DNA from: Vulcanimicrobiota bacterium
GTDB taxonomy: Bacteria; Vulcanimicrobiota; Vulcanimicrobiia; Eremiobacterales; Eremiobacteraceae
Length of the DNA: 64,000 nucleotides
Direction of reading: 5' to 3'
NCBI GenBank assembly: GCA_963812135.1
Contig: CAWETU010000001.1
Location: forward strand, 224,001 to 288,000
Both the position numbers and the translations under genes were made by a program. Position 1 is the first letter of the stretch. Each line of letters begins with the position of its first letter. Under the pieces are notes generated by a model, which worked only from the letters and a program-made list of their open reading frames with translations, did no database searches and had not been told where the DNA came from. Positions 10,146 through 19,656 of this stretch are shown here, one piece after another.

Positions 10146-10944
10146 TCCGCGCTTCGCGGTCGTCGCGCTCGCGGGCGGCTCGCTCGAAACGGATTTTCGC
10201 GACGCGGGCTACTCGGCCGTCAACAAAGCGTACCTGCCGCTCGGCGGCGAGCTCATGATCGAACGCGTGCTGCGCGCGTTTCGAAACGCGTCCTCGATCG
10301 GGCGCGTGCGCGTCGTGACGCAACCCGACGCGTTTGCCGCGGCGTTCGGCGCGCGGGCGGCTGACTTGTGCGATGAGGTGATTCCGCCCGGCAAGGGTTT
10401 GATCGATAGCATGCTCGCGGGTTTTGCGGGGCTCGCGCCGGACGAGCACGTGCTGGTCTCCGCCACTGACGTGCCGCTGCTGACGCCGCTGGCGGTCGAT
10501 GCGTTCGCGGACCGCGTGCGTGCCGCAGGCGATTGCGACATCGGGTATGGGTTCGTGAGCCGTGCCGCGCATGACGCGAAGTATCCTCAGGTGCGACACA
10601 CGTGGGTCCGCTTGCGCGAAGGGACGTTCTGCGGCGGCGGCATCAGCATGCTGCGCGCAGGCGCCGCGGCGCAGGCGGCCAATCTGCTGCGCCGGGTCGC
10701 GGCGCTGCGCAAGTCGCCGCTGCGTCTTGCGATGTTGTTCTCGCCGGCGACTTGGGCGCGCATGGTGCTCGGCGGCTTGCGCATCAGCGAGCTCGAGCGC
10801 CGCGCCGACGAACTGTCGGGCTTGCGCTGTCGCGGCGTGCTGTGCGACGAGCCGGAACTGGCGGTGAACGTCGACCGGCTCGACGATCTGCAAATGGTCG
10901 AGGACATCCTGCGGGGACGAGCACATGCCGGAATCGCGGGTTGA
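10138..10944 (+). CDS. NTP-transferase (MobA/GlmU-like fold) family protein
   Basis: LAGG..., NKAYL.L, DVPLL, VNVD motifs; overlaps the ispE end. Confidence 0.7.
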   Translation: MPDPRFAVVALAGGSLETDFRDAGYSAVNKAYLPLGGELMIERVLRAFRNASSIGRVRVVTQPDAFAAAFGARAADLCDEVIPPGKGLIDSMLAGFAGLAPDEHVLVSATDVPLLTPLAVDAFADRVRAAGDCDIGYGFVSRAAHDAKYPQVRHTWVRLREGTFCGGGISMLRAGAAAQAANLLRRVAALRKSPLRLAMLFSPATWARMVLGGLRISELERRADELSGLRCRGVLCDEPELAVNVDRLDDLQMVEDILRGRAHAGIAG

Positions 10945-10947
10945 GTA

Positions 10948-11496
10948 TTAGTCTTCGACGAGCTCTTCGTCCACGACGCCGATGCCCTGCGCTCGGTAAT
11001 CTCTCGTGAGGCGCTGATAAGCGAGGGTCGAGACCTCGAGCCACTGCGCGGCGCCGCCTTCGATCTTCTTCTTGATCTTGGCCGGCGCGCCAGCGGCGAG
11101 ATAGCCGGCCGGGATCTCCTGCTCTTCGAGGACGACCGTGCCAGCGGCGATGAGGCTGCCCGCGCCGATCTTCGCGCGATCGAGCACGACCGCGTTCATG
11201 CCGATGAGCGCGTAGCTGCCGACGTGGCACGCCTCGAGGATCGCGCCGTGTCCGATGGTGACGTGATCCTCGATGATCGTGTCGTGCCCTTCGTAGACGT
11301 GGATGACGACGTTGTCTTGCACCGACGTGTGCGCGCCGATGCGGATCGCGGCTTCGTCGCCGCGCAGGACCGCGCCGAACCAGACGCTCGCGCCGTCTCC
11401 GATCTCGACATCCCCGATCAACGCCGCGGTCGGCGCGATGAACGCGCCCTTTCCGATCTTCGGCGTCTTGCCGTTGAACGGGAGGATGCAGGCCAT
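10948..11496 (-). CDS. Gamma-carbonic anhydrase-family hexapeptide-repeat protein
   Basis: IGDV.IG..ASVW.GAVLRGD, QDNVVIH, TIGH. Confidence 0.9.
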   Translation of the reverse strand: MACILPFNGKTPKIGKGAFIAPTAALIGDVEIGDGASVWFGAVLRGDEAAIRIGAHTSVQDNVVIHVYEGHDTIIEDHVTIGHGAILEACHVGSYALIGMNAVVLDRAKIGAGSLIAAGTVVLEEQEIPAGYLAAGAPAKIKKKIEGGAAQWLEVSTLAYQRLTRDYRAQGIGVVDEELVED

Positions 11497-11500
11497 CGCG

Positions 11501-14500
11501 CTACTCCTCGTGGTCGTCGAGGCCTTGATGGAACGGCGGATTCAGTTCCGGACGCACGATCTCGGTGTCATCGAGGCGACGCTGCTCGGCGCGCTCGCGC
11601 GCGCGGCGGCGGCGCTCCTCTAGCTCTTGTTCGCTCGAGACGAACAGACTGCGATCGTCCTCGACGCTGCCGAGCGTCACCTCGTACGGCGCCGCGTCCG
11701 CGTCGAATCCGCGATCGACTTCGACGCTATTGACTTCCACTGGCGCTGCCGGGGCGTCCTGATATGGATAGAGCTGACGCACCTTGCCTTTGGGCGGCGC
11801 TTCACCCGCGGCGCTGAAGATCGCACCGTGCGACGGCCGGCGCTTGCCGAACGGCGCCGGCTTTTTCGCCGAACCGTTTTCGGATTCGATGATCGGTTCG
11901 GGTTCCGCGTCCGGCGGCGGATAGAGCTGCTTGACCGGCTGGCTCGGCCGCGATTGCGACCGGCCACCGCCGCGTCCACCGCGTCCACGATCGCCGCGAT
12001 CTCCGCGGCCGCCACGATCTCGATCGCCGCGGTCGCGACCGCCGCGCTCAGGGCGCTCACCATCGCGATCGGCGGCAGGCCGCTCGCCCCGATCCGGCCG
12101 TATGCGGCCGTCACGTCGCGGTTCGCGATCGTCATCGCGGCGCGGGCGCACGGTGTCCGCGGGCACGAACTCGATATCGATCGACGCCGGACGAACCGGC
12201 GCGACGACGGTATCTAGATCATCATCGACGTCCGTTTCGCCGAACGGTTCGGCTGGACGCGCCGGCACGCGACGCGCGTCGCGCGGCGGCCGGATCGATG
12301 CATCTCGCAAGGGCCGGCGTTCGGGCCGCTCGCTCGGGCGCGGACGACGTTCATCGCGCTCAACTGGGCGCCGCTCATCACGCTCGCGCGGGAGCCGCTC
12401 GTCGCGTTCGGTCGGGCGGCGCTCGTCGCGTTCGCGCGGCAATCGCTCATCGCGCTCGCGCGGACGGCGTTCGGTGGCGTCAGGATCGATCTCGACGGGC
12501 GCGCCGTAGAGCTGCCGGATAGGCCCCTGGAATCTGCGCGGTCGGCGCTCGCGTTCGACCGGCTCTTCCCCGATCGGCGCATCTCTGTGTTCGTCAGGCA
12601 GCACTTCAACGTCGACGACATCGCCTTCGATGTCGACGATCGCGTCAGTCTGGACTTCGCCGGTCTTGCGACCGCCGCGTCCGCGGCGCCGGCGTCTCCG
12701 GCGCGGCCCTTCGGCGCTGTCATCTTGTTCGTCACCGGCTCGCGGCGTCGGAACCGCAGCGGCGATCGGCTTGGTCCTGTCAGGCACCACGACCACTGAC
12801 GACTCGTCGTTGTCCTCGTAGTCGATGTCGGATTCGCCGCCGACGACGAGCGGTTTGAAACCGCGCTCTTCGGCGGGGCCGCGACCGCGTCGTCCTTGCG
12901 GACCACGTCCGCCGCGCCCTGGCCCGGAACGAGATTCGTCGCGTCCGCCACGAGCGGTGCGGCTTTCATCGCGGCCACGAGCCGGTGCGCTCGCACGCCC
13001 CGCGGGCGCGCGTCCTGCCGAAGGCCGGCTTGGCGTCGAACTCACGCCGCGCGTGCGGCCCGCGGGCCGGCCACGCATCGTGTAGTCCTCTTCTTCGTCC
13101 TCGTCGAGTCCGAAGACATTGCTCGGCACGACGACGCGATCGAGGCGCGCCGGCTGTGCCGGCGGCAATGGTTTGGCCGCATCCTCGCCTTCAGCCGCGG
13201 CTTTGCCGCGACGGCGGCGGCGGCGTTTGGCGACGGCGAGCGGTTCGGCAAGCTCTGCGTGGACCAAGTTGCCGTCTTCCGACGTGACGCGCAGTTTGAC
13301 CGTCTGGCCGACGCCGTTGGCGGCGTCCTTGACTTCGATGAGCCAGTTGTCGATGACCGCGACGCCTGATGCGGGATCCGGCATGCGCACCGGCAGCAGA
13401 TCGGCTTCGATCTCCTTGCCGACCTGAACGGGGCGCCGTTGACGCTGCGCCGGCTCGATGAGCACTTGCTCGCGATGGCGTTGCGGTTGGACGTACAGCC
13501 GCAGATCGGCGTTGAGCGACTTGCCGAGTTTCTCGAACTCTTCGCGATACCAACCCATCAGCTGGGTGGCGACCGACGGATCGGTCACGAGATCCCAGTT
13601 CTTGACGCTGCCTTGATCGATGCCGTTCTGACGGATCTGGCGGAGCAGGCCGATCGCGAGCGTCTCGCTCGACATGACGTCGCCCAGGCCGTTGCAGTAC
13701 GGGCACTCGGAGCGCAGCTGGCCCGCGAGGTCTTTGCCGACGCGCTTACGCGTGAACTCGAGCAGGCCGAGATTGGAGAACATCTGGATGGTGCTGCGGG
13801 TGCGGTCGCGCCGCAGCGCGTCGGACAGGGTCGTGATGACCTGCTCGCGGCTGCGCTCGTGCGACATGTCGATGAAGTCGACGACGATGATGCCGCCGAT
13901 GTCGCGCAGCCGCACTTGGCGCGCGATCTCGGCCGCTGCTTCGATATTCGTGCGCACGATCGTGTCTTCGAGATTGCGCCCGCCGGTGAACTTGCCGGTG
14001 TTGACGTCGACGACCGTGAGCGCTTCGGTGGATTCGATGATGAGGTGGCCGCCCGAGGGCAGGAAGATCTTCGGCTTGAGCAGCTTTTGCAGCTCGTCGT
14101 CGATGCCGCGGACCTGGAAGAGGTTGCCCGGCCCCTGCCACAGTTTCAGACGGCTCAGATATTGCGGACCGAATAGCGACATCGTCGAACGGATCTCTTC
14201 GTATTGCTCTTTCGAGTCGATGACGACGCTCTCGACGTCGCTCGTGAGGAAATCGCGGACCGCTTTGAAGACCAGATTGAGGTCCTTGTGCAGCAGCGCC
14301 GGCGCAGAGGCGCGGCGGTACGACTCAAGGATGCTGTGCCAGAGCCTGACCTGGACGCCGATGTCGGCGAGCAGTTCGGCTTCGCTCACGCCCGCGGCCG
14401 CGGTGCGCACGATGGTGGCCATGCCTTCCGGACGCATGCGCCGCATGATGTGCTTCAGCCGCTCGCGCTCCTTGTCGTCTTCGATGCGCGATGAGACCCC

Positions 14501-14914
14501 GGAGTACCGGCCGGTCGGCATGAGGACGAGATAGCGTCCGGGCAGGGAGATATTGGTCGAGACGCGTGCGCCTTTGAGGCCGCGCGGCTCCTTGACGATC
14601 TGGACGAGGATCTCGTCGCCGACCTTGAGCATCTCGCCGACGGTGTGCCCGCGGCGGCGCTCGGTCATCTCTTCATCCCCGATATTGATCGGGTCGCGAC
14701 GGATGTCGTCTACATAGAGGAAGGCATTGCGGCCGAGGCCGATGTTGACGAAGCACGCCCCCATGCCCGGGAGGACGTTCTCGACGCGACCTTTGTAGAT
14801 CGAGCCGATGACCTTTTCTTCGCGTTCGAAGTAGATCTCAGCAAGCGCGCCTTCTTCCAGGACGGCGACGCGGTTTTCCCAATCGTCGGTTGAGATAAGG
14901 ATCTCGGTTTTCAA
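11501..14914 (-). CDS. rne: Ribonuclease E/G with TRAM-like domain and long disordered C-terminus
   Basis: S1 domain (GSIYKGRV..VLPGM), QIVKEP, DVNTG, RLRDIGGIIVVDFIDM, CPYC.G; Arg/Asp/Pro-rich tail of about 580 aa. Confidence 0.92.
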   Translation of the reverse strand: MKTEILISTDDWENRVAVLEEGALAEIYFEREEKVIGSIYKGRVENVLPGMGACFVNIGLGRNAFLYVDDIRRDPINIGDEEMTERRRGHTVGEMLKVGDEILVQIVKEPRGLKGARVSTNISLPGRYLVLMPTGRYSGVSSRIEDDKERERLKHIMRRMRPEGMATIVRTAAAGVSEAELLADIGVQVRLWHSILESYRRASAPALLHKDLNLVFKAVRDFLTSDVESVVIDSKEQYEEIRSTMSLFGPQYLSRLKLWQGPGNLFQVRGIDDELQKLLKPKIFLPSGGHLIIESTEALTVVDVNTGKFTGGRNLEDTIVRTNIEAAAEIARQVRLRDIGGIIVVDFIDMSHERSREQVITTLSDALRRDRTRSTIQMFSNLGLLEFTRKRVGKDLAGQLRSECPYCNGLGDVMSSETLAIGLLRQIRQNGIDQGSVKNWDLVTDPSVATQLMGWYREEFEKLGKSLNADLRLYVQPQRHREQVLIEPAQRQRRPVQVGKEIEADLLPVRMPDPASGVAVIDNWLIEVKDAANGVGQTVKLRVTSEDGNLVHAELAEPLAVAKRRRRRRGKAAAEGEDAAKPLPPAQPARLDRVVVPSNVFGLDEDEEEDYTMRGRPAGRTRGVSSTPSRPSAGRAPAGRASAPARGRDESRTARGGRDESRSGPGRGGRGPQGRRGRGPAEERGFKPLVVGGESDIDYEDNDESSVVVVPDRTKPIAAAVPTPRAGDEQDDSAEGPRRRRRRRGRGGRKTGEVQTDAIVDIEGDVVDVEVLPDEHRDAPIGEEPVERERRPRRFQGPIRQLYGAPVEIDPDATERRPRERDERLPRERDERRPTERDERLPRERDERRPVERDERRPRPSERPERRPLRDASIRPPRDARRVPARPAEPFGETDVDDDLDTVVAPVRPASIDIEFVPADTVRPRRDDDREPRRDGRIRPDRGERPAADRDGERPERGGRDRGDRDRGGRGDRGDRGRGGRGGGRSQSRPSQPVKQLYPPPDAEPEPIIESENGSAKKPAPFGKRRPSHGAIFSAAGEAPPKGKVRQLYPYQDAPAAPVEVNSVEVDRGFDADAAPYEVTLGSVEDDRSLFVSSEQELEERRRRARERAEQRRLDDTEIVRPELNPPFHQGLDDHEE
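12340..12472 (-). repeat. 24-nt coding tandem repeat (ER[R/L]P[R/T/V]ERD) in rne
   Basis: ERRPRERD-ERLPRERD-ERRPTERD-ERLPRERD-ERRPVERD-ERRP. Confidence 0.85.
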
Positions 14915-15445
14915 AAAATTCTACCTTTAGAGAGTCAAAGTGAGAAGAGCGCCCCGATCGAAGATCGGGCGCTGATGAGCCTGTGTGGTCTAACATGAGC
15001 GCGGGCCGTGTGCCTGCGGTCGTCGATCGTGAAATGTGTTGCTCCAACCGGTGGTGTGCGGTCCCCCGCGAGCGGCTGGCTGCCAGTCCGGCGGCCGGCT
15101 CAAGCGGAAACGGGTCCGCAGCTGAGCGCTCCCTCGTTGGGAGCGGCCGGAGGAGCTTTTGTCGCGGTCGGTCGTTGCGTTGTGCTAGAAGAGCGGCTTC
15201 GAAAACTGTTCTCTCTGGCGGCGTCCTCTTATCATTTTCGGGACCATGCGGCGCCAGGCGTGCAACGGGGTTACGCGGTTCGGGCCTCCGGCGGGGTGGC
15301 CCAGCTCATGTCCTTTTCGGGGGAACCCGGTTGTTCGCCTCTCGGGTCGCGCCCTTGGGCCACGACTAAGGTGTTGTCCCTCGAGGCCCGAAGCTTATAG
15401 AATAAGGCCTTTGAAGGTCCCACCTCGCACCGACCGGAGGGTTCC

Positions 15446-16387
15446 ATGCCGAGACGTTTATGCCTCGCTCTTCTTTGTCTTGTGGTCGCCGGCTGTTCAT
15501 CGAAATCCACCTCGCCGACGCCCCCCACACCCCCGCCGTTCACACGGTTGTATGTGACGACGTTCGACACGGCGCCCAACTCGATGTTGGAAGTGTTCGC
15601 GCCTCCGATCACCGCCGCGTCGACCCCGGCCGTCAATGTGACGAGCGCGGCGAGCGGTCTGAATGGCCCTGGCGGTATCGCGATCGACAAATCTGGAAAC
15701 GTCTATGCCGTCAACGATAACGCTCCTCGAAATGTCACCATCTACGCGCAGCCGTTCACCGCGAGCAGCACGCCAACGACGACGATCGTGATACCGGTGG
15801 CGGCGAACAACCCGTATACCATATCGCTCGATCCCGCCGGCGACATTTGGGTCGGGGACCGTTCGGGCGTGAACAGTCACCTCTACGAGTTCACTCCGCC
15901 CTTTAGCAACGCCTCAACGCCCGCGCTCACCCTTACGAATGCGAACGGTCTCACCGACGCGACCGGCACCGCGTTCGACGGGGCCGGGCACATGGCCGTG
16001 GCCCAAGAAGTTTCGAGCAACGTGCTGATCTATAACTTGCCGATCACCGCTGCCAGCACGCCGGCTGCAACCATCGCCTTGGCTGCGAACGGGCAGGGCG
16101 TCGTCTTCGACGGCGCTGGCAATCTCTATGCGACGCTCGAATCAGGCGCGGGCGGTGTCGCGGTGTTTCACCCACCGTTCTCGAATGCGTCCACGCCTGC
16201 GTTCACGTTTGGGAACACCGTCGGCGCATTCCCGACGTTCGACTCGAGCGGAAACCTGTGGGTGCCGGACTTCTCACTGCACGTGCTCGAGTATTCGCCG
16301 CCGTTCTCCGCGGCGACAACGGCCGCTGTGACACTGCCGGTAGCGGATGCGACCGGGTCGGCGGCGGGCGCCGCGTTCGGGCCGTAG
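15446..16387 (+). CDS. Lipoprotein with six NHL-like repeats (beta-propeller)
   Basis: Lipobox VVAGC, Pro-rich linker, six repeats of (D..GN).....[FY].PP[FI][ST].ASTPA; GGAGG SD. Confidence 0.75.
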   Translation: MPRRLCLALLCLVVAGCSSKSTSPTPPTPPPFTRLYVTTFDTAPNSMLEVFAPPITAASTPAVNVTSAASGLNGPGGIAIDKSGNVYAVNDNAPRNVTIYAQPFTASSTPTTTIVIPVAANNPYTISLDPAGDIWVGDRSGVNSHLYEFTPPFSNASTPALTLTNANGLTDATGTAFDGAGHMAVAQEVSSNVLIYNLPITAASTPAATIALAANGQGVVFDGAGNLYATLESGAGGVAVFHPPFSNASTPAFTFGNTVGAFPTFDSSGNLWVPDFSLHVLEYSPPFSAATTAAVTLPVADATGSAAGAAFGP

Positions 16388-16396
16388 TCTCTTGGA

Positions 16397-17026
16397 TCAG
16401 CGGCGGTTGAGGAAACCGCCGCGGCCGGGAGTGCAGTACGGGCGGGTCGCATCCGGAATCTTATCGCCGAGCGTGCCGCCGCTCGCGGGCTTATCGGTCC
16501 AAACTGATCCGCCGCCGTTTTGAGGTGTCGAATCGCCGGAGTCTCCAGGTCCAGAACCACCCGCGCCGTTCACGCCGGATGCGGCGGTGCCATTCGCCGA
16601 TGCGGTCGCGCTCGTGGCCGAGGCAGACGAGGCCGATGCGGTTTGAGGCTGCTGGCGGGCTGCTGAAGCGGGTGCGCTCGCAATCCCAGGGGCAGCCGAC
16701 TGCGCGGCGATCGCGCCGCGCGTGTGCTCGACCATGCGATGCACATGCGTCGGCTGAGAGACGCCGATCCGGATGGGTTTCTCGGGATGAATCGGTTGCG
16801 TGATCCGGTGGAGTTGCGTCGCGATGTGCGGCGTCCGTGAGAGCGTCTGGATGATGACGTTGTGCGAGTTCTGTGGCGAGAACGCGGGGTTGGTCGACAC
16901 GAAGTAGGCCGCCGCCGCGAAGAAGATGCAGATCGCCACTACCACGTGCAAACTGACGGACGTGCCGACGCCGAGCGGCAGATCTCGCCGGTTCTCGCTT
17001 TTGGTGGTGAGCGGTCGTTCGCTCAA
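16397..17026 (-). CDS. Membrane-anchored hypothetical protein with TonB-like N-terminus
   Basis: N-terminal TM with S-x3-H motif, low-complexity Ala/Ser/Gly linker; AGGAGG SD before TTG. Confidence 0.55.
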   Translation of the reverse strand: MSERPLTTKSENRRDLPLGVGTSVSLHVVVAICIFFAAAAYFVSTNPAFSPQNSHNVIIQTLSRTPHIATQLHRITQPIHPEKPIRIGVSQPTHVHRMVEHTRGAIAAQSAAPGIASAPASAARQQPQTASASSASATSATASANGTAASGVNGAGGSGPGDSGDSTPQNGGGSVWTDKPASGGTLGDKIPDATRPYCTPGRGGFLNRR

Positions 17027-17109
17027 CCTACGAACCTCCTACGCTGGATTGTAACTACTTGCGCGAGCTGCGCCGATCCGCCTTCGACGGCTTCCGCGTG
17101 TTGAAATAA

Positions 17110-18219
17110 CTAGTCGAATTGCATCTTGTCGCGCTGCAGGTGGATATTGAGCAAGATGCCGACCGCCATGAAGCACGTGATGAGACTCGAGCCGCCGTAC
17201 GAGATAAATGGAAGCGGGATGCCGGTGACGGGCATGATGCCGACGGTCATGCCGATGTTCACGAGGATGTGGAACGCGAACATCGCGATAATGCCGGCCG
17301 CCACGAGAACCCCGAACTTGTCGCGCGCGGCGGTGATCGCGAGGGTGCCCGTGCCCAGCAGCACGCCATAGAGCGACAGCAGCAGCAGCGCGCCCAAGAA
17401 CCCGAGCTCCTCGCCGATGACCGCGAAGATGAAATCCGTCGCATGCTCGGGCACGAAGCCGAGTTGGGTCTGGGTTCCGTGGTACAGCCCCTTGCCGGTC
17501 AGCTCGCCCGAGCCGACGGCGATCTTCGATTGGATGAGGCTCCAGCCGGCGCCCTGAGGGTCGTGTTTGGGATCCAAGAACACGAGCAGCCGTTGCCGCT
17601 GATATCCTTTTAAGAAGTAGGGCGTGATCACGGCGATCGTGCCGGCGGCGGCGATGGTCGCCGCGTAGGCCGCGAAATGCAGCAGATTCGGCAGGGCGAA
17701 GAACAGCATCGCCGTGAGGATCGCCATCAGGACGAGCGCCGTTCCAAGATCCGGTTGCTTCATCACGAGCGCCGCGGGTATGGCGACGAGTACGAGCGGC
17801 AGCCACAAGTCGCGCAGGCGCGACCAACTGCGGCGTGGGTCGGCGAGGATCGCGCCAAGCGCGAGAATCGTGAAGAGCTTGGCCGGCTCGGACGGCTGGA
17901 ACACGAACGGACCGAATCCGATCCAGCGCTGCGCGCCAAGCGCCTGGTGGCCTGCGAGCGCCACGGCCGCCAGCATGAGTATGTTCACGATGTAGATGGG
18001 CCACGCGAGCCGCTGCCACAGATGATAGTCGATGAACGCAAGCGCGATCATCAGCAGCACGCCGATGATGAGATACGCGAGCTGGTGGACGAAGTCGCTG
18101 TGACCGCCCGGCAGATGCAACGTCGCGCTCTTGATGATCACCAGGCCGAAGACGCCGAGCGCGATCGCCGACGCGGCGAGCGGATAGTTGAACGATTGAT
18201 ACCACGGGCGCTCGAGCAT
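17110..18219 (-). CDS. rodA: Rod shape-determining SEDS glycosyltransferase
   Basis: GAQRWI, QPSE.AK, KQPDLGT, GSG...GKG, PEHATDFIF, TGIPLPFISYGGSS. Confidence 0.93.
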   Translation of the reverse strand: MLERPWYQSFNYPLAASAIALGVFGLVIIKSATLHLPGGHSDFVHQLAYLIIGVLLMIALAFIDYHLWQRLAWPIYIVNILMLAAVALAGHQALGAQRWIGFGPFVFQPSEPAKLFTILALGAILADPRRSWSRLRDLWLPLVLVAIPAALVMKQPDLGTALVLMAILTAMLFFALPNLLHFAAYAATIAAAGTIAVITPYFLKGYQRQRLLVFLDPKHDPQGAGWSLIQSKIAVGSGELTGKGLYHGTQTQLGFVPEHATDFIFAVIGEELGFLGALLLLSLYGVLLGTGTLAITAARDKFGVLVAAGIIAMFAFHILVNIGMTVGIMPVTGIPLPFISYGGSSLITCFMAVGILLNIHLQRDKMQFD

Positions 18220-18258
18220 AGAGTTCGAGCTTTCGATGGGGCGGCGGACCGCCCTGCG

Positions 18259-18690
18259 CTATGGCGTGGTCGGCTCGTCCGGCGGCGGCTGTTGCTGCGA
18301 CTGATCCTGCGCTGAGTGCTTGCGCCGGCGGCGCCTGCGACGCGTGCGCGGCTGCGCGGCTGAACCGTCGAGCAAAAGCGCGCCGTTTTGGTGTCCGCCA
18401 TTGGCCGCCGCTGCTTGCGTAGGCTCGGCCGTCAACGGCTTGACCTTGAGCACCGGGATATTCGCCAGCAGCATGAACTGGCGCTCGGCATTTTCGAAGT
18501 GGACGTCCAGACCACGTTCGTCGATGTCGAGGTAGCGACGCACGACGCTGAGCATCTCGCCCTTCATCGAGTCGAAGACTTCTGGCGCGAGCGAGACGCG
18601 ATCGGACATGAGCACGAGGCGCAAGCGTTCTTTGGCCTGCGTCTTGCTCGTCTCTTCTTTGCGGAAGAACTTGTTGATGAAGTCAATCAT
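18259..18690 (-). CDS. minE: Cell division topological specificity factor with basic C-terminal extension
   Basis: SK..AKERLRLVL..DR, L.ANIP; poly-Arg tail. Confidence 0.92.
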   Translation of the reverse strand: MIDFINKFFRKEETSKTQAKERLRLVLMSDRVSLAPEVFDSMKGEMLSVVRRYLDIDERGLDVHFENAERQFMLLANIPVLKVKPLTAEPTQAAAANGGHQNGALLLDGSAAQPRTRRRRRRRKHSAQDQSQQQPPPDEPTTP

Positions 18691-18696
18691 TGCTGT

Positions 18697-19656
18697 TTAT
18701 CTCCCGCCCGCGCGCGGCTTGCCGAAGCCGAACGTCGACTTCACGCGCGACACAAAATCGTCAGGTGCTTGGAAGGATGGGATCGCGACCTGCTCGCCGA
18801 GCAGGCGTTTGACGATCCGTCTGAACGCTGCACCGGTTTGCGAGCCTTCGATGTCGATGACCGGCGTGCCGCGATTCGTCGCGATGATGATCTCTTTCTC
18901 GTCCGGCACGACCCCGACGAGCTCGAGGCGCAAGATGTCGACGACGTCGTTGACGCTCATCATCGTGCCCTTCTTGACCATTGCCGGCCGGACGCGATTG
19001 ACGATGAGCTTGGCCTCGACGTCCGGCGGCAGCAGACCGATGATGCGATCGGCGTCGCGCACCGCGGATACCTCCGGCGTCGTCACGATGATCGCTTCCT
19101 TGGCGCCGACGATCGCATTGCGAAAGCCCTTCTCGATGCCCGCCGGGCTGTCGATGAGCACGAAATCGAAGCGCTCGGCGAGCGTCTTGACGAGCGCCGC
19201 CATCGCGTCGGTCGGCACGTCGTCCTTTTCGCGGTTCTGCGCGGCCGGCAATAGATGCAGCGTGCGGCGGACCCGATCGCGCACGAGCGCGTCATCGAGC
19301 GAGCACTTCTCTTCGATGACGTCGAGCAGGTGCTTGTGGACGCGGTTCTCGAGGCCGAGCACGACGTCGAGATTGCGCAGCCCGACGTCCGCGTCGACGA
19401 CCACGACGTTCTTGCCCGCTTCGGCAAGCCCGGTGCCGAGATTCGCGGTCGTCGTCGTCTTGCCGACGCCGCCTTTGCCCGACGTGATGACGATGGTCCG
19501 GCCCAGCGCTTGCGCGGGTTTTGCAGGTGCGCGCGGTGCGGGGCGCTCGCTCGCGACCGCAGGCGTCGAAGCGGCCGCCGCGATCGCCTCTTCCACCGTC
19601 AGCGCGGCGCGCGGGCGGCTTGTCTCGTTCTCGCCTTGCGTGTCCATCATCCTCAC
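18697..19656 (-). CDS. minD: Septum site-determining ATPase MinD (copy 2, intact, N-terminal extension)
   Basis: TSGKGGVGKTT, DADVGLRNLD, DSPAGIE, TTPEVSAVRDADR, C-terminal amphipathic helix. Confidence 0.93.
   Translation of the reverse strand: MRMMDTQGENETSRPRAALTVEEAIAAAASTPAVASERPAPRAPAKPAQALGRTIVITSGKGGVGKTTTTANLGTGLAEAGKNVVVVDADVGLRNLDVVLGLENRVHKHLLDVIEEKCSLDDALVRDRVRRTLHLLPAAQNREKDDVPTDAMAALVKTLAERFDFVLIDSPAGIEKGFRNAIVGAKEAIIVTTPEVSAVRDADRIIGLLPPDVEAKLIVNRVRPAMVKKGTMMSVNDVVDILRLELVGVVPDEKEIIIATNRGTPVIDIEGSQTGAAFRRIVKRLLGEQVAIPSFQAPDDFVSRVKSTFGFGKPRAGGR

Noticed and set aside
12340..12472. Tandem 24-nt repeats as a CRISPR array
   Set aside because: Degenerate at synonymous positions, in frame within rne, no spacers, no cas genes.
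14972..15035. CTGATGAG after a hairpin, suggesting a hammerhead ribozyme
   Set aside because: No stem II closed directly by GAAA; the core cannot be assembled.
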